A program made the position numbers and the translations under genes. Under the pieces are notes generated by a model. It searched no databases. It was not told where the DNA came from and saw only the letters and a list, made by a program, of their open reading frames with translations. A stretch of 64,000 nt of DNA, from contig JAIVFI010000037.1 of assembly GCA_025558095.1 (NCBI GenBank), positions 467,648 to 531,647 on the forward strand. Reading direction: 5' to 3'. The stretch's first letter is position 1; every line of letters begins with the position of its first letter. This stretch comes from Hyaloraphidium curvatum SAG 235-1. Lineage: Eukaryota > Fungi > Monoblepharomycota. Below are positions 31,885-44,036 of this stretch, in pieces.

Positions 31885-33621
31885 ATGCAGTTTGCCGAGC
31901 AGCCGCGGGCGTCGCCGCCGCCGCGCGCGGCATCGAGCTACCTCATCGCGGAGGAGCCGGTGCCGCGGCGGGAGCGGCGGCCGTCGTACCAGGGCCACGC
32001 GGTGTTCGCGCCCTCGCCGCTGCTGGGGCCGCTCCCCGCGCCGTCCCCCCTGCTGGGCCCCGCGCCGGCGCCCTCCCGCGCCCAGTATGTCTCTTCGGAC
32101 CCTTCGCCGTTGGGCGTGCAACCGGCACCGCCCGCCCACGCCGGCCTCGCCCTCCCGCAGCCGGCCCACTCCCGCCGCCTCTCCGCCGTGCCCCCGGCGC
32201 CCTCCTTCTCCGACGCCACCCCTCGCCCGCCCTCCCCGCCCCGCTTACACGGCTACCCCGTCGACCCGACCCCCGAGCAGCTCGCCGACCTCGTGCGCCA
32301 CGGCCGCGCCCGCCGCAGGCAGTTCAAGGACCTGCGCGTGCTCGGCCGCGGCACGGAGGGCACCGTCAAGCTGGCCGTGTCCCTCGACACGGGCGGCCTC
32401 GTCGCGCTCAAGGCCGTCCCCCGCCCGCAGGGCCCCGGCGCCCGCGAGCTCGAAAGGCACATCCGCAGGCGCATGCTCGCCGTCGTCGACCACGCCGGCC
32501 CGTCGCTGGTGGCCTCGTACGACGTGTTCGAGACGGAGCACAAGTTCTACGCCGCGATGGAGTACTGCCCAGGCGGGGACCTGGGGAACTACGTCGCCGC
32601 TCACGGGGGCAAACTGCCCGAGCGGGACGCGAGGCGGGTGGCGACCATGATACTCAGGACACTGGCGTACCTGCACGCCAACGGCATCACGCACCGCGAC
32701 ATGAAGCCCGGGAATCTGTTGCTGGTGGGTGGCCGGCGGGCAGCCTGCCGTCGTCGCCGCTGACCTTGTTGCGGGATGCAGAAAAGGGAAAACGACCTCG
32801 ACTCGCTCTGCCTCGCCGATTTCGGCCAGGCCTTCATCGACGGAACGGTGCAAAAGAGCGCCATGGCCACCATGCGCCAGATGAAGACCCTCACCGGCAC
32901 GCCCTTCTACCTCGCGCCCGAGGTGATCGAGGGCGGCACCTATACCTCCAAGGTGGGCCCCGCGCCGCGGCACCCCTCCGTTCTCCGAGCTCACATTCTG
33001 TCCCGCCCCCCGAAGGTGGATCTGTGGTCCGCCGGCTGCATCCTCTTCGAGCTCCTCTTCGGCAGCACCCCCTTCCACGCCTCGGCCTCCTTCGCCGAGC
33101 TCTTCGACCGCATCGCCCGCGCCGCGTACCACATCCCCCCCGACCACGGGTGCACCGAGCAGGCCGTCGACCTCGTCCGCCGGCTGCTCGATCCGGACCC
33201 CGAGCGCAGGCCCTCGGCCGCGCAGGCGCTCGGCCACCCGTGGCTGGCGGCGGACAGGCCGCAGCTGCCGCGGAGCAGCACGATGCCGCGGAAAAAGGCC
33301 GGCGGGCTGATGGGCCTTTTCAGGCGGGACCCTTCCGCCAAGCCCGAGCCCGCGCACGGGGAACTCCCGGCCTCCCTCCCCCGCGCCGCGTCGTCGGAGC
33401 ACCGCGCATCGACCCCGCAACCTCCGCCCGTTGCGCGCCAATCCTCGGGCCGCTTCGCTTCGTTCGACAGGCCCAAGGACCGCGCGTCGAGCGGCACCAG
33501 GGTGGAGGTGCGCAGCGACGGGGGGCTGGTCCCCGTGATGCAGAACGATTCCGGCGTCAGCCTGGAGGAGCTGGTGGATGCGTACGGGGGGTGGAGCATC
33601 AAGGCCACGGGGGGCAGGTGA
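31885..33621 (+). CDS. Ser/Thr protein kinase, CAMK-like
   Basis: LGRGTEGTV, VALK, HRDMKPGN, DFG, GTPFYLAPE, DLWSAGCI, HPWL; two introns. Confidence 0.92.
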
Positions 33622-33999
33622 TCCACAGGGGAGGGGAGGGAGGGCGGTCGGGGGCGGTGCAGGTGGTGCATGGGAGCGGGGATGTGCGCGGGCGCCGGAG
33701 GTGGGATGTACAGTGCTGCGAGAACACGGCTTTCGTACTTGCTGGATCCTTTGGTGCCTCCGAGGAATCGGACGGGACGGTCGTGGCGGACACGGCTGAT
33801 CCCGCGGTGTCTGCCGAGCGTGCAAGCGCTCTCATCCGTCGATAAGATCGCGAGAGGGCGACTCCCGGCTCACATTCACGATTTGGTGCATTTCAACACT
33901 TTGCGCGCCGTCCTTTTTCGTATCTCCAGATACCGGAGCTTCCCGCCTCCCGGCCCCCCTCATGCCTCCCCGCCCCAAAGGCAGCGTCCCGCGACCCCT

Positions 34000-34809
34000 T
34001 CAAGGACGGGCTGCCCCGGCGACGTTGCCAAACTTGCCGTTCTCGTGGGCCATCTTGTCCGGGATGCCGGCGATCACGTCCCAGTGCTCGACGATCTTCC
34101 CGCCGCTTACCCGGAACAGATCGTAGAAGGCCGTCGGCTCGCCGCCCAGCGTGCCCTCGGACATGGCGAATACGAAATCGCCCTCGGCCACCAGACCGTG
34201 CACCTTGTTGTAGACCATGGTGATGCCCTGCGCCGCCATCGCCGACAGCGCGGCGCCGAGCCCGTCGAGCCCGTCGGCGATGCCCGTGTTGTGCTGGTGG
34301 TAACTCGCGGCGTCGATGAACTTGGGCGCCTCGTCGACGCGGCCCCTGACGAGCACGGAGTCGAGGAACCCCTTCACGAGGGCCCTGTTCTCCGCCGTCT
34401 TGTCCCGGTCCTTGATCTCGGTAGGTCCGTCCAACTGCGTGCGCCCCGACGGGTTCGCCCCCGCCAGCGGCGCGAGGTTGTCCCAGTGCTCCGCCACCTT
34501 GCCGTCCGCCACGCGGAACACGTCGAAGCCCACCAGCTCGTCCCCGCCGAACAGCTGCGCCCTGTGGTATGCCCCGTGCACGACGACGTAGTCCCCCTCG
34601 GCGATCACGCGGTGCGCGGCGGCGCCGATCCCGCTCTCCTTGAGCGCGGGGAGGAAGCCGACGATGGGGGCGAGGCCGGTGGGCACGGCGGGGTTGTGCT
34701 GCACGTAGTCGTCGGCGAGGAGGCGGGCGGCCGCGGCGGCGTCGAAGTCGGCAAAGAGGGCGGCGAGCGCCTCGCGCACCAGCGCCTTGTTGGCTTCGGC
34801 GGACGGCAT
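34000..34809 (-). CDS. Tandem SnoaL-like / NTF2-fold protein
   Basis: Two repeats of NKALV..Y.QHN..G..H.V.AEGD.V..D.FRV..GK..EHWD; intronless. Confidence 0.9.
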   Translation of the reverse strand: MPSAEANKALVREALAALFADFDAAAAARLLADDYVQHNPAVPTGLAPIVGFLPALKESGIGAAAHRVIAEGDYVVVHGAYHRAQLFGGDELVGFDVFRVADGKVAEHWDNLAPLAGANPSGRTQLDGPTEIKDRDKTAENRALVKGFLDSVLVRGRVDEAPKFIDAASYHQHNTGIADGLDGLGAALSAMAAQGITMVYNKVHGLVAEGDFVFAMSEGTLGGEPTAFYDLFRVSGGKIVEHWDVIAGIPDKMAHENGKFGNVAGAARP

Positions 34810-35197
34810 TGCAGCGCAGGGGCCGTTGAGACCGCGGAGGCGGCGCTTTTGTACGGAGTGGGGCGGTTTGGAAACACAGGGTCCGGCGGGAGGTCCCTGG
34901 CCTGCGGGGCAACTTTGGTAAGGCGAGGGTCCGTCAGCAAACCCCGCCTCGTTTGAAAACATTGAGGCGGCGCTGCTTTGCAAAGACTATTCGCATAAGT
35001 TGTTCGTTGGAAGATGCTGCGCGGCAAGGATCCGTCGTCGGCACCTCCGTGGGGGGTCGCTGCGAGTAAAGCACTTCCAAAAATGCATCGTCAACCATCG
35101 ATCCGAGATGCAACGACACTACACAATAAGGGCCGACACTTTTCGCGCCCTCGTACCCAAACGCAGGAGGTCCAATCCCCAGGGGAACCCGGGCAGC

Positions 35198-36481
35198 CTA
35201 AAGCGCCCGCGGCGCCGGCTCCGGGGTTGCCCGCGCCTTGATTGCGCGGCGGAACACCCCGTCCGCCTGCCTGCGCGCGATGAGCTCGCGGCGGCCGACG
35301 CGCACAGTGGTGGGGTTCTGCGGCGGGAGAGCGGGGTCAGCATGGTGCGCGGAGGCGCGCGCGGCTCGACTGGGGGGGAAGACGCACGTCAAGATTGAGC
35401 ACGAAGCCTCCGGGGGGGGGCGGTGGCGGCTGGCCGAAGTTGTCCGCGAAGGATATTATCTTGATGAACTTGACCCCCACGTGCGACCGGAAAAAGAAGC
35501 TGGAGAGTGGAAGCAGGGGCTTGGGGAGGAGGACTATGCACGAGCCGTCGGGTTCGGTGACGCAGAACCCCAGCACGTCTTCCTGGCGTACGACGAGGCG
35601 CCGTGAGGTCTGAGCGGTGCCGAGGAGCTCGACGAGGGCGTTGGCGACGGGCTTGCCGTCGCTGGTGACCGAGACCGGGATCCGGACCGCCGCGGTCTGC
35701 GCGACGGTCGTAGTAACCGTTTTCGTGGCCGTCTTGACCGTTTTGGTCTTGACCTTGGTGGTTGTCCTTGTCCGCGTAGTGAACTGGGTCAGCTTCGTCA
35801 CGCAGCACCTGGCCGTGCGGCCAGATGCGCTAGGGCGGGGCACCATGCCTGCGGAACAGGCAGGGCAGTAGTCCCGCGCGAACAAGCGGTGCTCGTCGTC
35901 GTCGTCGGCGTCGAGGGGCGATTGGTTGTCCGCGGCGCCGTTGGCAGGCTCGGCGGGGGCACCGGAGCCAACAACGGGGACCGCCTCGTCATTGACCGGG
36001 GTGGGGGGCAGCACGTCCTCGTTGTCGACCTCCAGGACTTCCTGAGCGGCAACTTGCGGCTCAACAGGCTCCTCCCTTTCCTCCAGCCTTCGCCGCACCA
36101 ACGACGTCGCCGTCACCGTCCGAACGGCAGTCTTTGTCCTCTTGACGGTCTTGAAGGCCGTGCGCGTGGCGTACTTGGTCACCTTGACAGTCACAGGGCG
36201 CCTGCAGCAACAGCCCACGAATCCCCACGCCGGGGAGGAGCTGCGGCGGATGAGATGTCAGCCGTGGTGCGCGGAACGGCGGACTGCGCTCCACGCACCA
36301 CCGCGGCCCGTGGACCCAGGTGAACGGCGAGTTGGGCGACATGCCCTGCGCGGCGGCAGGAAGGGGCAGGGCGATCGCCACTGCGAGGATGGCCGCAGCC
36401 AGGAGGACCGCGTGGGGCTGTGGCGGGCGGCGACCCGTGAGCCGCGCTGCGGGCGGGCGCCGGACAGCTTACGGTGCGCAT
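35198..36481 (-). CDS. Secreted Thr/Lys-rich, Cys-containing protein
   Basis: Spliced N-terminus MRT/PHAVLLAAAILAVAIALPLPAAAQ is a signal peptide. CCC and CPAC..CC motifs are each followed by a TVTK-rich tract. C-terminal Ig-like GKPVANALVEL; three GT-AG introns. Confidence 0.65.
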
Positions 36482-37277
36482 CTCTGCCCACGGGCCGGCA
36501 GCGCGGCGGCGTCCGGCGGGAGGGGGCGGCGCTGTGGGGGAGGTGACAATAGTTGGGTGCTGCGGGCGGAGAACGGGTCCTGGCTTGGCTCTGCTGCGGC
36601 AACCCGAATGACGGTCCTGATTCAGATCAGACCGATTCCCAAAGACCACGACCACCAACTCGCTGCGGAAGCTACAACGATCCTGGCCCCGGCCCCGGCC
36701 CCGATCCCCCGAAACCCCGAACGAGTTCGCGGCCGAGAATGCGGCCTGACCGCCCTGCTGCGGCTGGGGCGTCGCGGCAGCCGGCTGGGCCGTCGTAGCG
36801 CAGGGCTGCTGCGGTGCCGTGGCGGTCGGCGGAGCGGGCGAGAGGGGCGACTGCGGCGCGCGGGGCGCATGAGTGCCACGGTGGAGGCTTGGGCGGAGGC
36901 TTCGGTCGCTAACCCCAGTGTGGGACCATCGAAGAACAATGCAGATCACTGTAAAACGGAGATAACATCACGAACACCTCAAAAAGACGCCGGGGACCCT
37001 TCCCGGCCGCATTACCCATCCCAGTCCGCCCCGCCCTCACCCCAGGCCCCCCCAGCCGTCGTCATCCTCGTCGAAATCGTCGCCCCAGGGCTTCGGATCG
37101 GCCTCCTCACGTATTGCGGCGAGGGCAAAGGGGATTGTGCGACACGTCAGGGGTGGTGCGGAGGCTTGCACCTGATTGCACCGAGGCGCCGCTTCGCAAA
37201 CAATCGCAAACAAACGTCCCGTTCCGGCTTCTCTGGCAGCGTACAATACATGACGCAGGCATCCACACGATCCGCCA

Positions 37278-38867
37278 CTACTCCAGGAGCCCCTTCGGGC
37301 ACGACGTCTGGATCGTCACCGTCACCCCGAACCCCTTGAGCACGCTCGCGAACCCAACGCCAAGGACCAGCACCGTCGATAGGTAGCTCCTCGCCACCGC
37401 AAAGTCCACGGGAAACCCGAAAAGCGTGGAGCGGTGCTGGTCCGCGCGGGCAAACAGCTCCAGCACCCCCCTTGCGTGTTCCAGCTCCGAGGTCAACGCC
37501 GCCCGCTCCGCCGGCTGCAAATGATGCGCCGACACGTCGCACCGCGCCAAGAGCATCCGCACGCGGGCGCCGGCGCGGGCGTGGATTCCCGACACGTCCG
37601 AGATCTGCGAATTGGCGGTGGACATGTTGAAGAGGTCCATGCCAAAGAGACCTATGTGTATGTAGGACGCGACGAAGAAGATGTTGGCAGGGAGGCAGTG
37701 GCCCCCGACGACGTCGATCACGGCGGCGGCGAGCAGGCTGAAGCCGCTGAAGACCGCGAGGCCGCTGCCGGCGTACAGTCGCGGGAGGCCGGAGCGCCAG
37801 ATCCGGACGAGGTTGCCGTGCAGCCGCGCGAGGCGCTCCAGGAGCTCGGCACGGGATCTCAAGCCGGCGACCTGGTCGCAGGCGGGGTCGAAGATGGCCG
37901 AGTGGTAGTGGTCCAGCAGCTCCTGCGCGACCAGCATCATGGCGCGGTGGTGGATGCGCCGGTTGAGGCGCAGTGCTCCGTAGTTGGGCGTGATCAGGAC
38001 TAGGCCGTTGATGATGATGAAGAAAGCTTGGGCGAAGACTGGTTGAAGGAGTTAGTGGATGTCAGGGTGGGGCCGAAGCGGATGACCGACTGTTGAAGAT
38101 TCCGATTATGCAGCTCCACCACGTCCCCCATGTCGTGGGCCCGAAGGTGAGGTACACGGTCCAGCTCGAGAAGATGGTGGTGGTCAGGAACCCGTAGAGG
38201 CCGCCGACGCAGAACTGCGCAAAGTGCCTCCGGCCCGCGACCTCGGGCAGCCCGCCTGCGCAGGTCTTGGCGGGGCACGGACACAGCCTGTCGCACGGGT
38301 CGTGGGCGAGGAGGATGCCGGGGTCGGCGCCGGCTCGGATTTCCGAGGCCAGCTGGTTCCACCGGGCCACGCCGGCGAACTCGTGGGAGTCGATGGTCGG
38401 TCCTTCGCGGAGATACGATGCGCTGTAGGATGCCTTGATTTGCGGGACGACCATAACCATGATGGAGTCGCAGACAGCAACCGTGATGAATGCGAGCGTA
38501 GCTGGGGGTAGGGGTGAGCCGGTGTTGTTCTTCCAGGAGCCTGACACCCACATGCGATGAGCTGCCTCGCCCCGAACATGCGGTAGCTCTCGTTGAATAT
38601 CCACAGCGGCAGCAGCATCAGCAGATGGCTGAACCCAAACAGCCCCGCGCGCAGCATGTACTGCGCCCCGGCGGGCTCGGCGAGGAACTGCGCGCGCACG
38701 GCCAGCCGCGCCGTTGGGGACGGCTCCAAGTACTCCAACAAGGACTTGCGGGTGAGCGGGTCCGCGGCGCGAGCGTCCGCGGCGGGGTCCGGGAGGGGCT
38801 CCTCGAGGGGGCGCTGCGGAGGGAGCGGGCCGGGGAAGATGGCGAGCCATTCGCGCGGGGTGAACAT
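37278..38867 (-). CDS. 7-TM membrane protein, paralog 2 (candidate GR-like 7TM ion channel)
   Basis: MFTPREWLAIFP, RQLIAST, HDPCDRLCPCPAKTC, TWGTWWS, LHGNLVRIW, GGHC, AN, LFGFPVDF..LGVGFASVL..SCP. Two GT-AG introns join three ORFs. Confidence 0.75.
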
Positions 38868-39286
38868 GTCCGGGGGCCGCACGCCCGAGGGCCGGCCGGG
38901 GAAAGGCACGACATGCGGTTTAGCGTCCGGCGACGGAGTCCCGTGCTCGAGGTCGGGGGACGTTGCGGAATTAGGAGCGGGGCGTGAACGCCGACTGCAG
39001 GGGATGCCTGACGGTGGCAAACAGAATGTTCCGCGGAAGTGCCCACAGCCAAGACGCGGTCACCGGGCTACAACCCATCAGTCCGCCGGAATGGAGGGCT
39101 CTGCACCAGCTGTGAGCGCCCCTATGTTTTGTCGCTGCGATGCGTAGCAAGAGCTCGTTTGGGAGGCGACGGAATGGACCTGCTCGCGGCGGGCGTCATG
39201 ACGTCATAAGTCACCGCCGGCCGGAGCCTTCGAGCGCCGGTCGATCCAAGCCCATGGGCACCACTCCGAGCGTGTTCATCCAATAA

Positions 39287-41101
39287 TCAAGCTAGTGGAG
39301 ACACCGGCAGCCTCAGGCACGACCCCCCTTCCCCGCCCCACGCCACCGTCCACACGGGCGGCTCCCCATCATCAGGCACCCGCGCAAACGTCCCCGCATC
39401 CGCTCCCGCGATCGCCAGCCGCACCTTCCACCCCTTTTTGAACACCACGCTGGTCGGCTGCATCCCGATCACGACCTCTGCCTCCTCGCCGGAAACCATC
39501 GGCATGGCGTCCCGGCGGAGGTAGCTCCGCGAGGGCAAGTCGGCGCAGTCGTACGCCGGCGGTGATGACAGCTTTCGGTGCAGCAGCCGGAGCTGGCCCT
39601 CCGTGACGTACCGCACCTCCCCCGAGGGTTCCACCGCCTCGAGGTACGCGTGCACCGCGCCGTCCTCCCGCGTCGAGGACATCCGCAGCGTGACCGTGGG
39701 GTACCCCGCGACGTGCATGTCCGCGTCGAGGGGCGGGGAAGTGTAGCACAGGAGCTTGCGGTCCTCGCGCGTGCGGGAGGGGTAGGCCACGGGGCGGGCG
39801 AATTGGGTGTGCCAGCGGTTGGTGGTGCCGGTTGTGGCGGCGAAGTCGACGGCGTGGGTGTCGGCGCCGTGGGAGGGAGGCGGGTTGGGGAGGAGCTCGC
39901 GGCCGGGGGCGAGGTGGAAGGTGGTGACGGCGGTGCCCGGTGGCGGGAAGCTCGGCGAACGGGTCCACCCCGGGGCGTTGAGGGTGCAGTAGTAGACGAC
40001 CTTGCCCTCGAGCCGGCGCCCCTCCACCAGCGCGTCGCGGAAGAACGACTCCATGATGGCCCACTGGTCCTCCAGCGTCGGCTCGGGCTTGCCCCCTGCG
40101 CCGCCGAACGGCTCACCCGACGCCGACATCTCGTGCTTCCACGCGCCGATGACGACGATCTGGGGCGAAGATAGGGTGCGGAAGTTGCACAGGGCCGCGT
40201 GGGCCGAGGCGCCGTCCATCCAGCTGCCCCAGGTGAGGAGGGGGACCCCAGCGCGGTCCAGGTCTGAGGTCAGGGCGGGGAGCGAGAAGTCGTCGATGGT
40301 GACGCCCGTGGAGCCGAAGGGGTCGTCGCGGAAGGTGATCCCGCGGACGGCGGCAAAGACGTCCGTGTTGGCCTTGTGCTCCTCCACCGCGGCCCGTAGC
40401 ATCGCCCACGAGCGATCCTCGTCGACCGGCCGCACGCCCCTGATGATCCACCGCGCCAGGAACGGAAACAGACTGGAGGTGCGGTTCGAGTCCAGCTTGT
40501 CGTTGCTTTCGCTCCACATGCTCATGAACGCCTGGTTGAGCACCCCGCCGGGGAAAACGATGTCGGCGTACGCGTCGTGCTCGATTTCCTGCGGCACCGC
40601 GGCTTCCACCGGCCCTCCCGAGGCGGCAAGCCGCTGCGCCGTGGCGCCTTCGTACGAGATGCCGTAGGCGCCCACGCGGCCGTTGCTCCACTTTTGTTTG
40701 GACGCCCAGAGCGCGACTTCGGCGTAGTCGGCGAGCTCCTCGGGCGACCAGGGGTGCAGACTTTTCCCGAAGCTTGCTCCCGTGCCCCTCGCGTCCACGA
40801 CGACGGCGGCGAACCCGCGGGGCACGAAAAAGTCCAGCGAGGATTCCCGCGGTCCGATGGGCGCCTTCCCGGGCGGCTGCGGGACCCACATGGCGAACGA
40901 GCGCCAGTAGCGCGTCATCACCATCAGCGTGGGGAGTTTTTCGGTGTCGGGGAGGGGCGAGGGGAGCAGCACGTCGACCGCAATGCGGACGCCGTCGCGC
41001 ATGGGGAGGTACAAGGAAGTCACGGCAGTCCGGGGGAAGCGGACGGCCGGCACGCGCGGGGCGAGCTCGGCGGCGAGGGTGCCGGCAATCTTGGAAGCCA
41101 T
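39287..41101 (-). CDS. CocE/NonD family hydrolase (peptidase S15 / X-Pro dipeptidyl-peptidase fold)
   Basis: MRDGVRIAVD, VDARGTGASFG, WSNGRVG..GISYEG nucleophile motif, C-terminal PepX_C region; intronless. Confidence 0.92.
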   Translation of the reverse strand: MASKIAGTLAAELAPRVPAVRFPRTAVTSLYLPMRDGVRIAVDVLLPSPLPDTEKLPTLMVMTRYWRSFAMWVPQPPGKAPIGPRESSLDFFVPRGFAAVVVDARGTGASFGKSLHPWSPEELADYAEVALWASKQKWSNGRVGAYGISYEGATAQRLAASGGPVEAAVPQEIEHDAYADIVFPGGVLNQAFMSMWSESNDKLDSNRTSSLFPFLARWIIRGVRPVDEDRSWAMLRAAVEEHKANTDVFAAVRGITFRDDPFGSTGVTIDDFSLPALTSDLDRAGVPLLTWGSWMDGASAHAALCNFRTLSSPQIVVIGAWKHEMSASGEPFGGAGGKPEPTLEDQWAIMESFFRDALVEGRRLEGKVVYYCTLNAPGWTRSPSFPPPGTAVTTFHLAPGRELLPNPPPSHGADTHAVDFAATTGTTNRWHTQFARPVAYPSRTREDRKLLCYTSPPLDADMHVAGYPTVTLRMSSTREDGAVHAYLEAVEPSGEVRYVTEGQLRLLHRKLSSPPAYDCADLPSRSYLRRDAMPMVSGEEAEVVIGMQPTSVVFKKGWKVRLAIAGADAGTFARVPDDGEPPVWTVAWGGEGGSCLRLPVSPLA

Positions 41102-41541
41102 TTTTACGGTCGGGCGGGGAGAGGACCGCAGTTCGTCGGGATTCAGCAACGGGAGTCGAGGGAGACGCAAGCAGGGACGTTGACGCCGCCCGACAGTCCG
41201 CCGTTGGGCCCGACGCTCGGCCACCGGGGATATCGCATATCGCCAGACTCCGCTTCCGACCGCGTCCCCTTTTGCTCGACTGCGATCATCTAGAGGACAT
41301 CTTGATTGTTTCGAACTAGGACGTCTGACGACACGGGGAGAACTATCCGCAGCCGGCAGATGCCCACGACAAGTTTACCCCAAGCTATAGGTTCCCATCA
41401 CGCCGCCAACTCCGGCTTTGCCCCCGATATCAAGACATCGTGCCTCGTTTACAGCTCAGTGTGTCCAGCGCGTCCGCCAACGCTTGTTGGGTTGTTGCCC
41501 GCGGGTCGCCCTGCGAGGCCTGTTGTCGCCGCCGCCACCCC

Positions 41542-43467
41542 ATGCGTGGCGGCCTCACGCCGTACCACGCCAAGCACCTCCTCGCGTGCCTGCGCGACGA
41601 TGCGCGGCGTCTCAGCCCGGCCGTCGGACTTGTGGCGGCGTCGGCGGCGGCGCACGCGGGGAACCTGCTCCGGCTGGCAGAGTGCGATTCTGTCGGAGGA
41701 ACGCCCCGCGGGATCCGCGCCTCCGCCGCCCTCTCCGCCGAGCTGCTCTTCCGCGCCTCACGCCGCGACCCGATCGTCCCCACGCGGTCGGCTTCCCAGG
41801 CGGCGTTCCACCTGACGCCGCGGCGGTGGGGCGCACTCCTCGGCCTGGCCATCGCCGGCGCCACAAGGTCGCGTTTCGCGGAGGACCTCGGGAACCTGGG
41901 CATCGGAACAAACAGGGTCGACGGCGCGTGGACAGGCGTGTCGATGGCGCGGTACCTGAAATTGGCGGACCTGGCCGCGGCCGCGTGGCACGATGAAGGG
42001 GGCACGCTGGCGCCCCTCCTCGCCTCCCTCTGGGCGCGTTCTTCCTCGAAACGCGATCTCCTGGACTTTTTGCTCGCCGTGGACGCGTACTTCCCCGTGT
42101 TTGCCCCGGGTTGGGAGGGCCTGCGGCGGGGCGACCCTCAGACCGTGGACCGTTTCCTCGCCTCGGCCTTCAGCAAGGCCGAAGTTCTCGCCCTCGACCC
42201 CGCATCAATCGCCGCCTCCCTCCTCTCCTCCTCCAGCTCGCCCGCGGACCTCGAGACCGCCGAGCTCGTCTCGTGCTCTCTCTCGCAGACGCAGGCCTAC
42301 AAGCAGCCCGTCCCCGTGCTCCGGCACCCGTACCGCGGCGGCAAGGACGTCCCCGACTGCGTCGAGGTCGCGGTGCGGGAGTTTTTCGAGTTCGTGCTGT
42401 TCGACACCGAGGCGCAAAGGCTGGACGCGTCGCTTCTGCCGCCCACGACGCGGCCCGAGGTGCGCGCGTTCTTCTCCTCCCCTCCCGCGGGGGAGCTGCC
42501 CGCCGCCCGCGCGTGGTTCGAAATGCTGCAGGGCCTCGAAGCTTGCGACTACATCTCCTCGTCCCCGGCCGGCGCACCCTACGAGCTGCACCCCGACTCG
42601 CAGACCCTCGCGCGCGTCATCGGCTGGGCGCTCGGGGCACCGGGGTGGCGCTCCTGGACGCGCATGGCAGACGCCTCCGCCTTCTGGAACTCCCTTCACC
42701 CTTCCGCAAGCCTCTCGTGCACGGAACGGATCGACGCCGTTAAGTCGGTCCTGCACGAGGACACCAAGCGCCGCGAGCTCTCCCTCCTCTCCCGCCCCGG
42801 CGCCCCCGTCTCCCTGGAAATCGCGCTGCACGCCGCGCACCGGACCGCAACGTGCACCTACCGCCGGGTCGGCGCGCACGCGGCGGCGGCGGACCCGGGG
42901 GCCAGGGAGGGGTTGCTGCACGGGTGGGCGCGCGGGGAGCTCGCGCCGTGGGCTGACGTGCACGCGGCGCTCATCCTGGGCGATCGGATGCTGGAATCCC
43001 TTCGCAGAAGGGGGCGGGTGCCCGACCGCCTGGCCGCGCAGGCGCTGCTGGCGGCGCGGTGGGGACCCGACCGGCTCGCATGGCAGCCCCTGGAGCACGC
43101 GGCGCGGACGGCGGGGTTGCTGGACGCGGACGTGCATTCCGAGTGCCGCCGGGGTGCGGGCATGGTGGTCACCGGCGCGAGGGTGGCGGCGGATGTGGAG
43201 GAAAGGGGGTTGGGGAGGGCGCTGGCGGTGTTTGCGGGGAGCGAGGCGGGGGAGGAGGACGCGGACATCGGGGGGGCGTACCTGGACCACGCGGCGGTCG
43301 GCGCGGCGGTGAAGCCGCTGCTGGAAGGGGGGTGGGAGCCGCCCGACACGGAGCTTTGGCGTGGCGCAAAGGGGGCGCTAGGGATCGCAGGTGGGGGCAC
43401 CATGCCGCGGGCGCTCTGGAACAGGGCGCGGTGCGCTTGGCTCGCCCGGAGCAGGTCTTCCCTCTGA
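41542..43467 (+). CDS. Hypothetical protein of about 640 aa with a PDCVEVAVREFF motif
   Basis: Long intronless ORF with globular composition and motifs PDCVE, AWF..L and YELHP. Confidence 0.6.
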   Translation: MRGGLTPYHAKHLLACLRDDARRLSPAVGLVAASAAAHAGNLLRLAECDSVGGTPRGIRASAALSAELLFRASRRDPIVPTRSASQAAFHLTPRRWGALLGLAIAGATRSRFAEDLGNLGIGTNRVDGAWTGVSMARYLKLADLAAAAWHDEGGTLAPLLASLWARSSSKRDLLDFLLAVDAYFPVFAPGWEGLRRGDPQTVDRFLASAFSKAEVLALDPASIAASLLSSSSSPADLETAELVSCSLSQTQAYKQPVPVLRHPYRGGKDVPDCVEVAVREFFEFVLFDTEAQRLDASLLPPTTRPEVRAFFSSPPAGELPAARAWFEMLQGLEACDYISSSPAGAPYELHPDSQTLARVIGWALGAPGWRSWTRMADASAFWNSLHPSASLSCTERIDAVKSVLHEDTKRRELSLLSRPGAPVSLEIALHAAHRTATCTYRRVGAHAAAADPGAREGLLHGWARGELAPWADVHAALILGDRMLESLRRRGRVPDRLAAQALLAARWGPDRLAWQPLEHAARTAGLLDADVHSECRRGAGMVVTGARVAADVEERGLGRALAVFAGSEAGEEDADIGGAYLDHAAVGAAVKPLLEGGWEPPDTELWRGAKGALGIAGGGTMPRALWNRARCAWLARSRSSL

Positions 43468-43562
43468 GCGCCCATGTACAAGGTCCCAAACTATGCTCCG
43501 TCGGCTTTTATGCACACCGACACCGAGCACCGTGCCGTGCGGCGGCGATCGTTCTCTCGCGT

Positions 43563-44036
43563 CTAATGGCTCTCTCCCGATTCCCACGCCGCAGGACCAG
43601 CTTCCCTGCACGCCCCGATTGCGACGAGGTCCGACGTCCGGGCATCCGGGGTTGTAGCGGTCCGAGGGGGGTGCGACGCGCTGCGGTGTCTCCGCGACGG
43701 TTTTGCGCGGCCGAGGAGCATCTCTGCGCCGTCCGGTGCCGGGTCGGGCACCGGTGGCGAGCCCGGGCGCGGGCGGCCGCCACCGCGCCCAGAGTATTCC
43801 TCGGGCGAGTACGTGAAGTACACCTCGACGAGCGGGTGGAACCGCACTGCTTTGCGGAACGCCGAGGAGGAGGAGGAGGAGGAGGAAGCGGGGCCGCTGG
43901 CCGCCGACGAGTCCGACGGGCTGCGGGGCACCCCCGCCGCGGCCTCGAGCAGGCACGCGAAACAGGTCCCTTCGCTCATCGTGGAATGCGCGCACGGGCC
44001 GGGTTCCGGCGGCGCGCGAGAAGTGGCGGAAATCAT
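43563..44036 (-). CDS. Small CxH-x7-CxxC protein with a spinophilin/Bni4-type PP1-docking motif, copy A
   Basis: PCAHSTMSEGTCFACLLE ... RKAVRFHPLVEVYFTYSPEEYSGR; paralogous to the neighbouring gene. Confidence 0.65.
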   Translation of the reverse strand: MISATSRAPPEPGPCAHSTMSEGTCFACLLEAAAGVPRSPSDSSAASGPASSSSSSSSAFRKAVRFHPLVEVYFTYSPEEYSGRGGGRPRPGSPPVPDPAPDGAEMLLGRAKPSRRHRSASHPPRTATTPDARTSDLVAIGACREAGPAAWESGESH

